Source: an uncultured Chloroflexia bacterium
Lineage (GTDB): Bacteria; Chloroflexota; Dehalococcoidia; DSTF01; JALHUB01
Length of the DNA stretch: 64,000 bases
Direction of reading: 5' to 3'
Assembly (NCBI GenBank): GCA_963703345.1
Contig: OY969814.1
Location: 960,001-1,024,000 of the forward strand
Shown here: positions 53,501 to 61,826 of the stretch, piece after piece
Layout of the letters: each line of letters opens with the position of its first letter
How positions within the stretch are numbered: the first letter of the stretch is position 1
Program-made: the position numbers and the translations under genes
Notes under the pieces: generated by a model
Told to the model about the DNA's origin: nothing
The model's database searches: none
The model's input: only the letters and a program-made list of their open reading frames with translations

Positions 53501-54079
53501 CTGGGCGCCGAGCAGAGCGGCCAAATCGGCGCCGTCGGCTTCGACCTGTACACACGGCTGCTGGCCGACGCCGTCGAAGGGCTGAAGGCGCTCGAGCGCG
53601 GCGAGAAGCCGCCGACGCCGTCGACCGCACTGCTACCGCTGGCCATCGACCTGCCGCTCGTCGCCCACATCCCGGAGAGCTACGCACCGGACCTGAACGT
53701 GCGCCTCGCCCTCTACCAGCGGATGACGCGCGTCAAGCATCCGCAGGAGGCGGACGAACTCGCGCAGGAGTTGCGCGACCGCTTTGGGCCCCTGCCGGAG
53801 CCCGTTCAGACGCTGCTCTACGTGGTGCGCGTACGGGCCCTAGCGCGTGAGGCGGGAGTGCAGTCGGTGCAAACGGAGGACGGCCAGATAGTGCTTCGTA
53901 TGGTGCAGGGACGTCGCCTGCCCCAGGAGCAGTTGCGGCGCCAGCTTCCCGAAGGCGCTTGGGTCGGCCCAACCTCCGTGCGGCTCAGTCGCGTCCGCCT
54001 CAGCGACGGTTGGCGCGATGCGCTGTTGGGCGTCATGGAAAGACTAGTCGAGCTCGCCGCCTCTGCGCCTGCCCCTTAG
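50570..54079 (+). CDS. mfd: Transcription-repair coupling factor
   Basis: RGGIIDVFP, VVH...GIG, CGDVGYGKTE, DEEQRFG, TLSATPIPRTL, QLRGRVGR, DLEIRGAGNLLG. Confidence 0.99.
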   Translation: MMNLRGVLPLIEEALAAEGRLEAPAGRLTVGAPDGAKAAVIALLAQGSDAPLVVVTAHANRAQALIEGLAAWLGGDERLRLFPRRAALPYERLAPDAEAVRDRLRVLALLPAGRHGLAGRYDAPPIVVAPVQALAEATLSPEEMASSHETLTAGGRLAPEPFLRRLVERGYQFSPLVDTPGQAGRRGGIIDVFPPENELPLRIELLGERIESLRLFDPATQRTIRLVNSSAIGPAREMLLPQPSAVDLLSKLDFDSCKPEVTARFRDEAALLAQGESFPDDIFYVPFLACCSLLDHLPRNALLVLDELSDIATAEEELDRQVIEIEDEMTHRCELPRGLPFPQKPWQELREALTSRPGVVELSRWASGEECEGDFRLPFTAAGAYGGRLLELAKDLSGAAQRRQTTVIVSQQAARIAEVLSENDLFATPLAAVESPLPAGALAVVHGSLPEGWSLRSPQGDGLTLLTDSELFGFVKQRRFTRPTAGRRIDFLADLSPGDFVVHIENGIGKFAGLTHLQTDGEQEREYLELRYAEGDRLFVPTDQVDRVSRYVGPGDHSPTLTRLGTQEWRRAKERVQRSVRNLARELLALYASRQVLHGHAFSPDTTWQQELEASFPYVETPDQAAAMAEVKLDMESQRPMDRLVCGDVGYGKTEIAIRASFKAVMDGMQAAMLVPTTVLAQQHFQTFCDRLSGFPVRVEMLSRFRSDREQRDIVRDLAAGSVDIVIGTHRLLQSDVAFRDLGLVIIDEEQRFGVAHKERLKHMRQQVDVLTLSATPIPRTLHMALGGIRDMSVMDTPPEDRLPIKTYVLEFDEHFARDAMLRELERNGQVYFVHNRVFNIEGVADRLRRLLPEAEIAVGHGQMPEDQLERVMLDFARGAVDALVCTTIIESGLDIPNVNTIMINQADRLGLAQLYQLRGRVGRGASRAYAYLFYDRHRSLTEPAQKRLQAIFEATELGAGFQIALRDLEIRGAGNLLGAEQSGQIGAVGFDLYTRLLADAVEGLKALERGEKPPTPSTALLPLAIDLPLVAHIPESYAPDLNVRLALYQRMTRVKHPQEADELAQELRDRFGPLPEPVQTLLYVVRVRALAREAGVQSVQTEDGQIVLRMVQGRRLPQEQLRRQLPEGAWVGPTSVRLSRVRLSDGWRDALLGVMERLVELAASAPAP

Positions 54080-54219
54080 GGGCCGCATCACATCTTCTTC
54101 ACGAGCGCGAGGCCCCGCTTCATATCCGCAACACGCGCCGAGACTACGATAGCGTGTCTGAGAGGCGCGCGCCGTCAAACGGACGGTGGAGCCTCCCGGG
54201 GACGATTTGGAGGTGTGAC

Positions 54220-54438
54220 ATGCGGCAAACAGACGAGAACAGGCCGATATCGCAGGCAGTGAACGAGGAAGAAATCGAGCAGACGGCGCCTCTACGGGAG
54301 TTCTTCTGCGAGCCTTCCGGCTGCGGGCTCTTCGACACGGTTGGGAGCGAAATCAGCGAGTACGTGGGTGGCCTTCGGGAGCCGTTCTGCACGGGCCACA
54401 AGGTTCAAGCATCGCCGATGGCAAGCTATTTCGAGTAG
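54220..54438 (+). CDS. Small acidic Cys-containing protein (72 aa)
   Basis: GGAGGTG RBS; MRQTDENRP...LREFFCEPSGCG...LREPFCTG...SYFE; terminator downstream. Confidence 0.65.
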   Translation: MRQTDENRPISQAVNEEEIEQTAPLREFFCEPSGCGLFDTVGSEISEYVGGLREPFCTGHKVQASPMASYFE

Positions 54439-54487
54439 TCGCCAGAACGGCGGCCCCACGCGGGCCCCGCCGGCACATAACGGATGA

Positions 54488-54517
54488 AGGGCCCGGTCTT
54501 CGGATCGGGCTCCTTTT
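54488..54517 (+). terminator. Terminator hairpin
   Basis: GGGCCCGGTC-TTCG-GATCGGGCTC-CTTTT. Confidence 0.65.
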
Positions 54518-54529
54518 CTCGCGATATCC

Positions 54530-55513
54530 CTAGTGCGGGGACTCCGCGTAACCGACGTGCCACTGCCCGCTACTGCTCTTCGCCGAATACCAGAGCTTGA
54601 ACAGCCGCGCGCCGGCATCGTAGAGAAGCGTCGAGCGATAAATGCGCTCGTTGTCCCAGCCGCTGGAGGGGCTAAGCAGCGGGCTGGAGTAGGTGGTCCA
54701 CTGGAGGCCGTCGTTGCTCGTCGCCAGCATCAGATGGGAGCCGGCGTTCGGCGAATCGACGTAGTCCATCACGTACTGCTTGTCGACATAAAGTACGTCG
54801 AGGTGCCAGGGCGTCGCCGCCAGGTCGACCTTCTGGACGGGCGACCAGGTGATGCCGTCCTTGCTCGTCGCGTGAAGCACACCGCTGCCGGCCGCCGTCC
54901 ACATGTGGAAGGTGCCGTTTACGAGCACGACGGCCGGGGACAGGAAGAGGGGGTAGCTGTCAAGGTTCCAGTGCATCACCGGCTGCGGCGCGCTCCAGCG
55001 AACGCCGTCGGCGGAGGTCAGCAGGAGGATGTCGTTGGTGTTCTGGCCGGTGCAGCGCTTCGACCGGGCCTGGCGGGTGTAGTAGAGGTAGAGCTTGTCG
55101 TTGGCGGGGTTGTAGACGAGGTCGGGGTCGCTGTTGTGGTCGCAGGGCGGCGCCGGAACGATGGGATTGGTAAGGCTGGCTGGCGGCGACCAGGTTTGGC
55201 CGTCGTCCGAGACCAGCATGCTCGGGTTCTCACGCGAATCGGCGCCGTTTGGATAGGGCGTCAGGGCCATCCAGTACTTATGGTTGTGCCAGCCCTTGGG
55301 GAAGTAGACGACGTCTGGGTGGGCGGCCTGGCCGGAGCCGTCGTAGGTCGGGATGTCGAGAGGGGCCGCGGCGTTGAGGAAGGAAGGCGGCGACCAGGGC
55401 GTCGGCGAGGCGGCCCGCCGCAGTGGGTTGAACGCCGCGCTACCGCCGCGGCAGCCGACAGCCGTCGCCAGCGGCAGCAGGCAAAGCGCCAGCAGAACGA
55501 CGCTCTTTCGCAA
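54530..55513 (-). CDS. Lipoprotein, five-bladed beta-propeller glycoside hydrolase-like
   Basis: TYDGSGQ..HPDV, YWMALTPYP...ENP, HNSDPDL, repeated S.DG..W Asp-boxes; AVGC lipobox. Confidence 0.75.
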   Translation of the reverse strand: MRKSVVLLALCLLPLATAVGCRGGSAAFNPLRRAASPTPWSPPSFLNAAAPLDIPTYDGSGQAAHPDVVYFPKGWHNHKYWMALTPYPNGADSRENPSMLVSDDGQTWSPPASLTNPIVPAPPCDHNSDPDLVYNPANDKLYLYYTRQARSKRCTGQNTNDILLLTSADGVRWSAPQPVMHWNLDSYPLFLSPAVVLVNGTFHMWTAAGSGVLHATSKDGITWSPVQKVDLAATPWHLDVLYVDKQYVMDYVDSPNAGSHLMLATSNDGLQWTTYSSPLLSPSSGWDNERIYRSTLLYDAGARLFKLWYSAKSSSGQWHVGYAESPH

Positions 55514-55604
55514 CCCCCTGTCCTCCCCGCTGAAATCGCTCTTCCAAGGGTGACGATCCGCGCCCTTTCGGTCAAGAGGAAAATGCCTTAGGTTCTCTTT
55601 CGGT

Positions 55605-55634
55605 TTGACACCCCGCCGCGACAACGGCTAGAAT
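55605..55634 (+). promoter_or_regulatory. Sigma70-type promoter
   Basis: TTGACA-N18-TAGAAT. Confidence 0.65.
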
Positions 55635-55709
55635 GCCAGCGCTGTCACTTCGACGGCCCCCGCCAAAGCGGTACAGCGATCATTGTGGGGAGCAAGGAGG
55701 GAGCCATCC

Positions 55710-56552
55710 TTGGACGGTGAAGCGCCGGTCGGAGGCGCGGCATCCGGCCTCCTGGACCGTGTTGCACTCCCGCCGGCCAGCCGAATTCCCATCGTCGCCG
55801 GCGTCTACGCGCTGGGCGTCGCGCTCTTCCTCCTGCTCGAGCCGACGCGCGCTGTCTGGCTGCTGCTCACGACACTCATCGTCGGCCTGGGCAGCGACGG
55901 GATCGTTCGCTCCTACGCCGGCGGGTCGCTTCGCGGTCCCCTCGACACTGCGCCCTATCTGCTGGTGCCGGCGATCTTCAGCCTCGCCGCCGGCTTCTTC
56001 CTTCAGGAGACCGTCAGCGGCTACTGGAAGCTCCTGGCCGCCGTCGCCGCCGGAGGCATGATGGGCGGCATTCTATACGGCGAATGCCTATCGCTGGACA
56101 TCCACAGCGAGCTTTACGGAACGGGGCGATTCATCCTGAATATCGCCAGCTATCTCGCCGCGTTCGCCCTGTACGCGGTCATGTACAGCTATGGTGTCAA
56201 CCTCGTGCCCGCGGCGATCTGCGTCGGCCTCCTGACGACGGTGCTGGCTGCCGAAATTCTGCGCGAGACGGAGCTGATGCCGCCGCCGGTAGGGCGAAGG
56301 AGCCTGCGCTCACTCGGGTTCGCCCTCGCGATCGGCTTCGTCGTCGCCGAGGCGCGTTGGGCGTTGTACTTCGTGCCGCTGGAGGGTTTTCTAGCGGCCG
56401 TATTCCTGCTGCTATTCTTCTACGTTGCCAGCGGCATCGCGCAGCACCATCTCACGGGCCACCTGTCGCGACCGGTCGCAACGGAGTATGGGCTCGTGGC
56501 GTTTGTCGGGCTCGTGATGGTGATTCTGGGTCGATGGCTCGGCGGCGGCTAG
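55710..56552 (+). CDS. Multi-pass membrane protein of unknown function
   Basis: About 8 hydrophobic segments; AGGAGG RBS before TTG. Confidence 0.8.
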   Translation: MDGEAPVGGAASGLLDRVALPPASRIPIVAGVYALGVALFLLLEPTRAVWLLLTTLIVGLGSDGIVRSYAGGSLRGPLDTAPYLLVPAIFSLAAGFFLQETVSGYWKLLAAVAAGGMMGGILYGECLSLDIHSELYGTGRFILNIASYLAAFALYAVMYSYGVNLVPAAICVGLLTTVLAAEILRETELMPPPVGRRSLRSLGFALAIGFVVAEARWALYFVPLEGFLAAVFLLLFFYVASGIAQHHLTGHLSRPVATEYGLVAFVGLVMVILGRWLGGG

Positions 56553-56599
56553 CATGGATGCTTGTGGAGGCGTGCGGCGTTTGGTAGGATAGGGCGGGT

Positions 56600-56676
56600 C
56601 GGGGTGTAGCGCAGCCCGGTAGCGCACCTGAATGGGGTTCAGGAGGTCGTGGGTTCGAATCCCACCGCCCCGACCA
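56600..56676 (+). tRNA. tRNA-Pro (GGG)
   Basis: CGGGGTGTAGCGCAGCCCGGTAGCGCA-CCTGA-ATGGGGT-TCAGG...GGTTCGAATCC...CCCCGACCA. Confidence 0.97.
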
Positions 56677-56717
56677 GTTTCCCTACAAACTGGCACAGAA
56701 CAGCCCATTATCGGGGT

Positions 56718-56744
56718 GGAAACCCGCCGAAAAGGCGGGTTTCC
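56718..56744 (+). terminator. Hairpin/terminator after tRNA-Pro
   Basis: GGAAACCCGCC-GAAAA-GGCGGGTTTCC followed by a T-rich tract. Confidence 0.7.
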
Positions 56745-56921
56745 TGCTTTTCTGGGGCGTTTTGGGGGCTCTCACCCATCCATCGTAAACGCCCCAGATG
56801 CGCGCGGTGAGCCGGTTACGGTACCTGAAACGGTGTTCTATTTTGCAACAGTCTTAGGGCATTCAGGCGAACAGCGATTTTGACAGGGCGGCAATTAACG
56901 GTGATCTGGGAGGAAGCTAGC

Positions 56922-58013
56922 ATGAAGATGAGAAAACGAAACCCAAGGTGGCAGGACATGGACAAGAAGAACACCCCGTTCAACCGCCTGATCGACGACT
57001 TCCTGCTGGCCAAACGCTCGGCCGGCTGCTCGGAGAAGACGGTCTCCTGGTACCGCGACAACATCCTGAGCTATGTGCGCTTTCTCGAGGGCGAGGGCAA
57101 CCCGGCCGTGCTGAAGAGCTTCTCAGCCGACAGCGTGCGCCGCTACACGGTCCACCTGCAGGGACGTAGGGTGAAGTTCGAAAACAATCCCCTGCGGCGG
57201 ACGGTCGGCGAGGCGCTGTCCAGCCAGACCGTCTTCGGCTACGTCGCCACCCTCGGCGTCTTCGCCACCTGGCTGGCTGCCGAGGGCTACACGCGTAGCA
57301 ATCTCCTGCAGGGGGTACCGCGGCCGCGGAAACGGAAGACGGCGGTCAGCGGTCTCAGCCGGGAGGAGATCGAGAGCCTTCTGGCCCGGGTTCCCAAGCA
57401 TACGCTGGTCGGTACCCGTGACCGGGCGATCCTGATAACCCTCCTGGACTGCGGCCTCCGCGCCTCCGAGCTCTGCGACCTGACGCTGAACGAGGCCCAC
57501 ATCGAGGGGGGCTACCTGAAGGTGCTGGGCAAGGGGAACAAGGAGCGGATAGTGCCGGTCGGCGCCGCCGCCTGCCGGGCGATCCTCCGCTACCGTGACT
57601 TCTTTCGCCGGGATCAGGGCAAGCCGGCGCCCAACCTCTTTCTGTCCGTTCACGGCGGCAGATTGAGCCCGGAGGCGCTCCGTCTAATGGTGCAGAGATG
57701 GGCCAAGTCGGCGGGAATCAAAGGTGCGACCGTGCACAAGCTCCGTCACACCTTCGCCCTCCAGTACCTGATGGCCGGCGGCGATGCCTTCAGCCTGCAG
57801 AAGATCCTCGGCCATACGACGATGGACATGACGCGGAACTACGTCAACATACTGCCGGCGCAGCTCGTGGAGAAGCACCGCCTTCACTCGCCGATGGACC
57901 GGATGACGATCGGCTTTCCCTCGACAAAGGGGCGAACGGACGGCAGGGACGAGTGTGGGCGTTTCGCGTCCTCCCTCCCCCGTCGCCGTAGCAGCGGTCG
58001 CGGTCGCGGATGA
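56922..58013 (+). CDS. Tyrosine recombinase/integrase adjacent to tRNA-Pro
   Basis: Catalytic R (GLRASE), K (GKGNKER), HKLRH, LGH and Y (TRNY) all present; the C-terminus reads into an IS remnant. Confidence 0.93.
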   Translation: MKMRKRNPRWQDMDKKNTPFNRLIDDFLLAKRSAGCSEKTVSWYRDNILSYVRFLEGEGNPAVLKSFSADSVRRYTVHLQGRRVKFENNPLRRTVGEALSSQTVFGYVATLGVFATWLAAEGYTRSNLLQGVPRPRKRKTAVSGLSREEIESLLARVPKHTLVGTRDRAILITLLDCGLRASELCDLTLNEAHIEGGYLKVLGKGNKERIVPVGAAACRAILRYRDFFRRDQGKPAPNLFLSVHGGRLSPEALRLMVQRWAKSAGIKGATVHKLRHTFALQYLMAGGDAFSLQKILGHTTMDMTRNYVNILPAQLVEKHRLHSPMDRMTIGFPSTKGRTDGRDECGRFASSLPRRRSSGRGRG

Positions 58014-58792
58014 GGTAGCGCGGCTGCTCGCCCCAAGGCGTCGCCGCGATCAGCTGGCGCCAGACCCACTCAGCGGTCGGATGAGCAGTCACGTTCAGGT
58101 GAACCAAACTCCGCCGGTGATGGGCAATGAACAAGAACACATACAAGGTCTTGAAGGTCACGGTCTGGACCGTGAAGAAGTCAGCGGCCCAGATGTGCGG
58201 TGCATGATTGCGGAGGAAGGTGCGCCAGGATTGGGACGGCGGCCGCCGCAGGGCGGAGCGGCGGTAGCAGCGGACAGATTCGGCACTGACCTGGAAGCCG
58301 AGCTTGGCGAGCTCGCCGCGGATGCGCACGCTTCCCCAGCGCGGGTTCTCCCTCGCCAGCCGCCGGATCAACTCCCTCACCTCAGTAGGGACAGGCGGCC
58401 TTCCCGGACCCCGATGCTGTCTGCTCCTCCAGGTCCAGTACTGTCGCCAGGCTTTGCGCTGCCACCGGACTACGGTGTCCGGCTGCACGATGACCAAGGT
58501 CCTCCGCCAATCAGACCAGAGGCGCGAGAGCCAGGACCAGAACAGACGGTCAGTCGCCCTCAACCTCGGCCGGCGAGATTGGCGGGAGAGGACGGCGAGC
58601 TGCTGGCGAAGGGCGATGTTCTCAAGCACGAGACACTGCCGCGAACGCAGGGTGCTGCGCAGGAGGGAGCAGAGGAGGAGGAGATATGCGATCAAGGACG
58701 GACCTCCCTGAGGGCAGAGTGCCTCAAGGCTGGTCCACTCACATCACAAGGTCAACCCTCTCTAGATACGGATGAGATTCTTGGCTCCCACA
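57980..58792 (-). mobile_element. Truncated IS with an rve/integrase-core transposase fragment and one intact end
   Basis: LENIALRQQLAVL, IVQPDTVVRW, ENPRWG..RI.GEL, ADFFTV, YLIRDRD, then truncated; end TGTGGGAGCCAAGAATCTCATCCG at 58792. Confidence 0.85.
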
Positions 58793-58793
58793 G

Positions 58794-59273
58794 GTGACGA
58801 TACCCGAAGCGAGGTCGGGGGGACGCGAGGTATGGGGCTACCCTAAGTTCCTGACGCAGATACCGAGCGACGTCGCCGACAAGCAGTTCAAGTTCGCGGT
58901 GCTGGACCCCGATTCCGGCGAGCCCATCGTCGACGTAAAGGGAGAGATGGGACGCGGCCTCTCGGTGGGCGCGTTCAACATGATCACGTTCAGCAACCAC
59001 GACGACAAGATCCTGCGGACGGTGGTGGAAGCGGAGGGCAAGCTCAGACTCTCCGGCTGCAAGGGCATCGAGGTGAAGGTCGCGTTGACCAGCCACCGGA
59101 TGGCGGAGAGCCTGAGGGCGCTGGGGCTGGAGACGGCCAAGCCGTTCGGCATTATGAGCTCCGATTACATGCGGACGAAGCTGAACCCGGGAATACCCGT
59201 CGCGGAGTACAAGACGCCGGAACTGCCGTATCGCTACGCCGAGGAGCTGGAGTTCCTCAAGAGCAGGGCGTAG
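58794..59273 (+). pseudogene. Acetoacetate decarboxylase family, N-terminally truncated by the IS
   Basis: GGREVWGYPK motif begins immediately after the IS end. Confidence 0.65.
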
Positions 59274-59392
59274 GGACTTCGGAGACGAACCACCAGCGCC
59301 GCGACTATAGCACTGCCTTTTCCGCCCGTCAACGCTCGTTCTGGCGCGGCACTATGTCCTCTCTGTATCCTTACCCTGCTATGTTAAAGGTC

Positions 59393-59527
59393 AGCACAGC
59401 GAAGCGGGCTGACCCTACCATGTCCTGGCTGTGTGCCTTTGATCCGACTTGTCGCCTGTTCGCTGTGCTCACGGGGCTTGACCTGATAGGGGCCCGTCTT
59501 CGACCCGAGAGAGGCTAGTCAGCCCCT
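59393..59527 (+). ncRNA. Predicted IS110 bridge RNA (target-binding and donor-binding loops)
   Basis: Stem AGCACAGCGAA/TTCGCTGTGCT encloses ACCATGTC and GATCCGAC; stem GGGGCTTGAC/GTCAGCCCC encloses ATAGGGGC and AGAGAGG. The true 5' end probably lies upstream (~59375). Confidence 0.8.
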
Positions 59528-59553
59528 GAGACTGCGCTCGGAGGGAGGCATAG

Positions 59554-60615
59554 ATGATCACGATTGGGGTTGACGCCCACAAGCGAATGCATGTCGCTCT
59601 GGCACTCGATGATGCTGGGCAGGAGCTCGGCCACTGGCGCGGCGCCAACAGCGCCGTGGGCTGGCGGAGCCTGGCCCAGTGGGCAAGTGAACTGGGGTGT
59701 CAGCGGCGGTGGGCAATCGAAGGCGCTTGGAACTACGGCCGGGGCTTAGCGCAACAGCTGGTGACGGCAGGGGAGACGGTGTACGAGGTCAACCCGCGCT
59801 GGACCGCCCTGGGCCGACGGAGCGCCCGAAAGCCTGGCAAGACGGACAGGTTGGACGCGCACGCCGTGGCGCTTCTGGCCCGACGGGAGGCGTCCACTCT
59901 GCCGCGTGTCTCGCCGGAAGATGACACCGCTATCCTCGCCTTGCTCACGACAGAGCGCGAGGCGGCGCTTGGCGAGGCAACGCGCCTTGGCAACCAGATT
60001 CACGCCCTTCTGATGCAGCTTAACCCCGAATACGATGGTCACCTGCCCAACCTCCGCTCCAAGGCAGGCCTCGATGCACTGGAGAGCTACGCCTCGCCCA
60101 GCGGCTGCTTGCTGCAAGACGAGCGGGCGGCAGCCGTGCGAAGGCTAGCCAAACGTCTACGGCTGGCTCTTAGTCAGGCAAAGGAACTGGCCCGACAGAT
60201 CGCAGCGCATGCCGAGGCTGGCTTCTCGCCTCTAACTCGGTTGTGTGGTGTCAATCTCCTCACTGCCGGCATGCTGGCCGGTATTCTCGGCCCGGGGCGT
60301 GGGTTCTCTACTGATGCCGAACTGGCCGCCTATGCAGGCGCTGCGGCGCTTGAGGCTTCTTCCGCTGGACTTACTCGTCATCGTCTGAATCGCGGCGGCA
60401 ATCGGCGGCTCAACTCCATCCTCTATTGGATCGCGCTAACCCAGGCCCATTATTCGCCTGAGGCACGCGCCTATCTTGATCGCCGAGTTTCCGAGGGGAA
60501 GAGCCGACGAGAGGCCATTCGTGCTCTGAAGCGCTTCATCGTTCGCGCTATTTGGCGGCTCTGGCAGGAGTGCGAGGCCAGTTCTATCAAGCCGCGGGTC
60601 GAGAATGCCGCCTGA
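59554..60615 (+). CDS. IS110-family DEDD recombinase (transposase)
   Basis: IGVDAHK, AIEG, KTDRLDA (DEDD); YAG....SSAG (Tnp-domain Ser), RLNRGGNRRLN, A.RALKR. Confidence 0.96.
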   Translation: MITIGVDAHKRMHVALALDDAGQELGHWRGANSAVGWRSLAQWASELGCQRRWAIEGAWNYGRGLAQQLVTAGETVYEVNPRWTALGRRSARKPGKTDRLDAHAVALLARREASTLPRVSPEDDTAILALLTTEREAALGEATRLGNQIHALLMQLNPEYDGHLPNLRSKAGLDALESYASPSGCLLQDERAAAVRRLAKRLRLALSQAKELARQIAAHAEAGFSPLTRLCGVNLLTAGMLAGILGPGRGFSTDAELAAYAGAAALEASSAGLTRHRLNRGGNRRLNSILYWIALTQAHYSPEARAYLDRRVSEGKSRREAIRALKRFIVRAIWRLWQECEASSIKPRVENAA

Positions 60616-60728
60616 TCTTGTACATAGGAGCGTCGGATCGTGTCTGCTGGCCGAGACCGTCAAGCTGAGACAAGTTACAATGAAGCGTCGCGGCTTCGTA
60701 GACGGTGAGATTGGACGGCTAAAGCCAG

Positions 60729-61826
60729 ATGCTCGCACTACAAGAGATAAGGCGGAAGAGACTCCAGTTCGGACTTATAACCCTCATCGTCGGTCTCGTG
60801 GTCTACCTGCTAGTGATGATAAGCGCACTGGGAAGTGGTCTGATGTCGGCCATGTCCGGCGCGGTGGATTCCTTCAACGCCGACCTGGTGGTGTTCAGTG
60901 CAGACTCAAACAAAAGCTTCCTAAGGAGCGAGCTCACCGCCGACCAGCAGGGCGCCATGGTAGGGCTGTTGGGTGCGGATAGGACCGGAGCAGTCGGCTA
61001 CATGGTCGCCACGGCGCAACGAACGGTAGGGAGCGAGGAAGTTGCCCTCTTCGGCTTCCAGCCGGGCAGCATCGCCGAGCCCGCTGTGAGGTCGGGTCGG
61101 CCGATTGAGGGCCAAGATGAGATCCTGATCGACGCGAGCCTGTCCCGCTCCAGCGGCTTGCGGCTCGGCGATGTCGTTGTTATGCGCAGCGCCCTGAAGG
61201 ACTACGAGTTTACGGTCGTCGGCGAGGTCGAAAGTGGACAGTTCTTGGGGCTCCCTGCGGCCTGGGTCAGCATCGACCGCTGGCGCGAGATGCGCTACCC
61301 GGGGCAGGGTAAGGATGCCCCCGCCGCCAGCGTTCTCCTGATCCGAGGTGGCGGAGCCGACGTGGGTGGCCGTGTGGAGGCGGCGGTCGGCAATACAAGC
61401 GTTGTCACAAAGAGCGCTGCCATAGCCTCCATCGGAGGTGTAAAGCAGCAGCAGCAGGTTGTGATGACGATAGAGCTTTTCGGGTTCGTTATCGGAGCTC
61501 TGGTGATCGGCTCCTTCTTCTTCGTCCTGACGATGCAGCGGTCATACGAGATCGCCATATTCAAGGCGATTGGTGCTTCCAACTGGTGGGTTTTTGGCCA
61601 ACTGATCCGCCAGGTGATGGTCGTAGCCCTGGCCGGCGTCGCTATGGGTATACCGCTGGCTCTGCTGACGGCAGCGGTTATCCCTTCGGACGTACCCTTG
61701 GAAGTGACGGCGAGTGCCTTCCTAACAGGAGGGATCAGCATAACCATCGCGGCGCTTATTGGTGGCGTCTTTTCGGCTCGTCAGGTGGTCCGGGTGAACC
61801 CCCTGAGCGCGCTGGGGCAGGTGTGA
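60729..61826 (+). CDS. ABC transporter permease, FtsX/MacB (HrtB-like) type
   Basis: MLALQEIRRK.L.F, 1 TM + extracytoplasmic domain + 3 TM, EIAIFKAIGAS, VNPLSALG. Confidence 0.9.
   Translation: MLALQEIRRKRLQFGLITLIVGLVVYLLVMISALGSGLMSAMSGAVDSFNADLVVFSADSNKSFLRSELTADQQGAMVGLLGADRTGAVGYMVATAQRTVGSEEVALFGFQPGSIAEPAVRSGRPIEGQDEILIDASLSRSSGLRLGDVVVMRSALKDYEFTVVGEVESGQFLGLPAAWVSIDRWREMRYPGQGKDAPAASVLLIRGGGADVGGRVEAAVGNTSVVTKSAAIASIGGVKQQQQVVMTIELFGFVIGALVIGSFFFVLTMQRSYEIAIFKAIGASNWWVFGQLIRQVMVVALAGVAMGIPLALLTAAVIPSDVPLEVTASAFLTGGISITIAALIGGVFSARQVVRVNPLSALGQV

Larger units (their letters stand above)
59356..60634 (+). mobile_element. Complete IS110-family element bounded by a GTC core on both sides
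   Basis: Left junction ACTAT-GTC-CTCTCTG, right junction ATAGGAGC-GTC-GGATC; ~195-nt left non-coding end plus DEDD recombinase. Confidence 0.88.

Noticed and set aside
50597-53524. Long antisense and alternative-frame ORFs (e.g. 632 aa opposite mfd, 457 aa opposite the macroglobulin, 489 aa opposite the GT genes, 410 aa opposite cydA)
   Set aside because: Shadow ORFs expected from high GC3 codon bias; they overlap well-supported genes and have no recognisable motifs.
60618-60681. Hybrid promoter from the IS110 right-end -35 driving the ABC operon
   Set aside because: No -10 at 16-19 nt from TTGTAC in the integrated state; the nearby TACAAT (~60676) is too far away.
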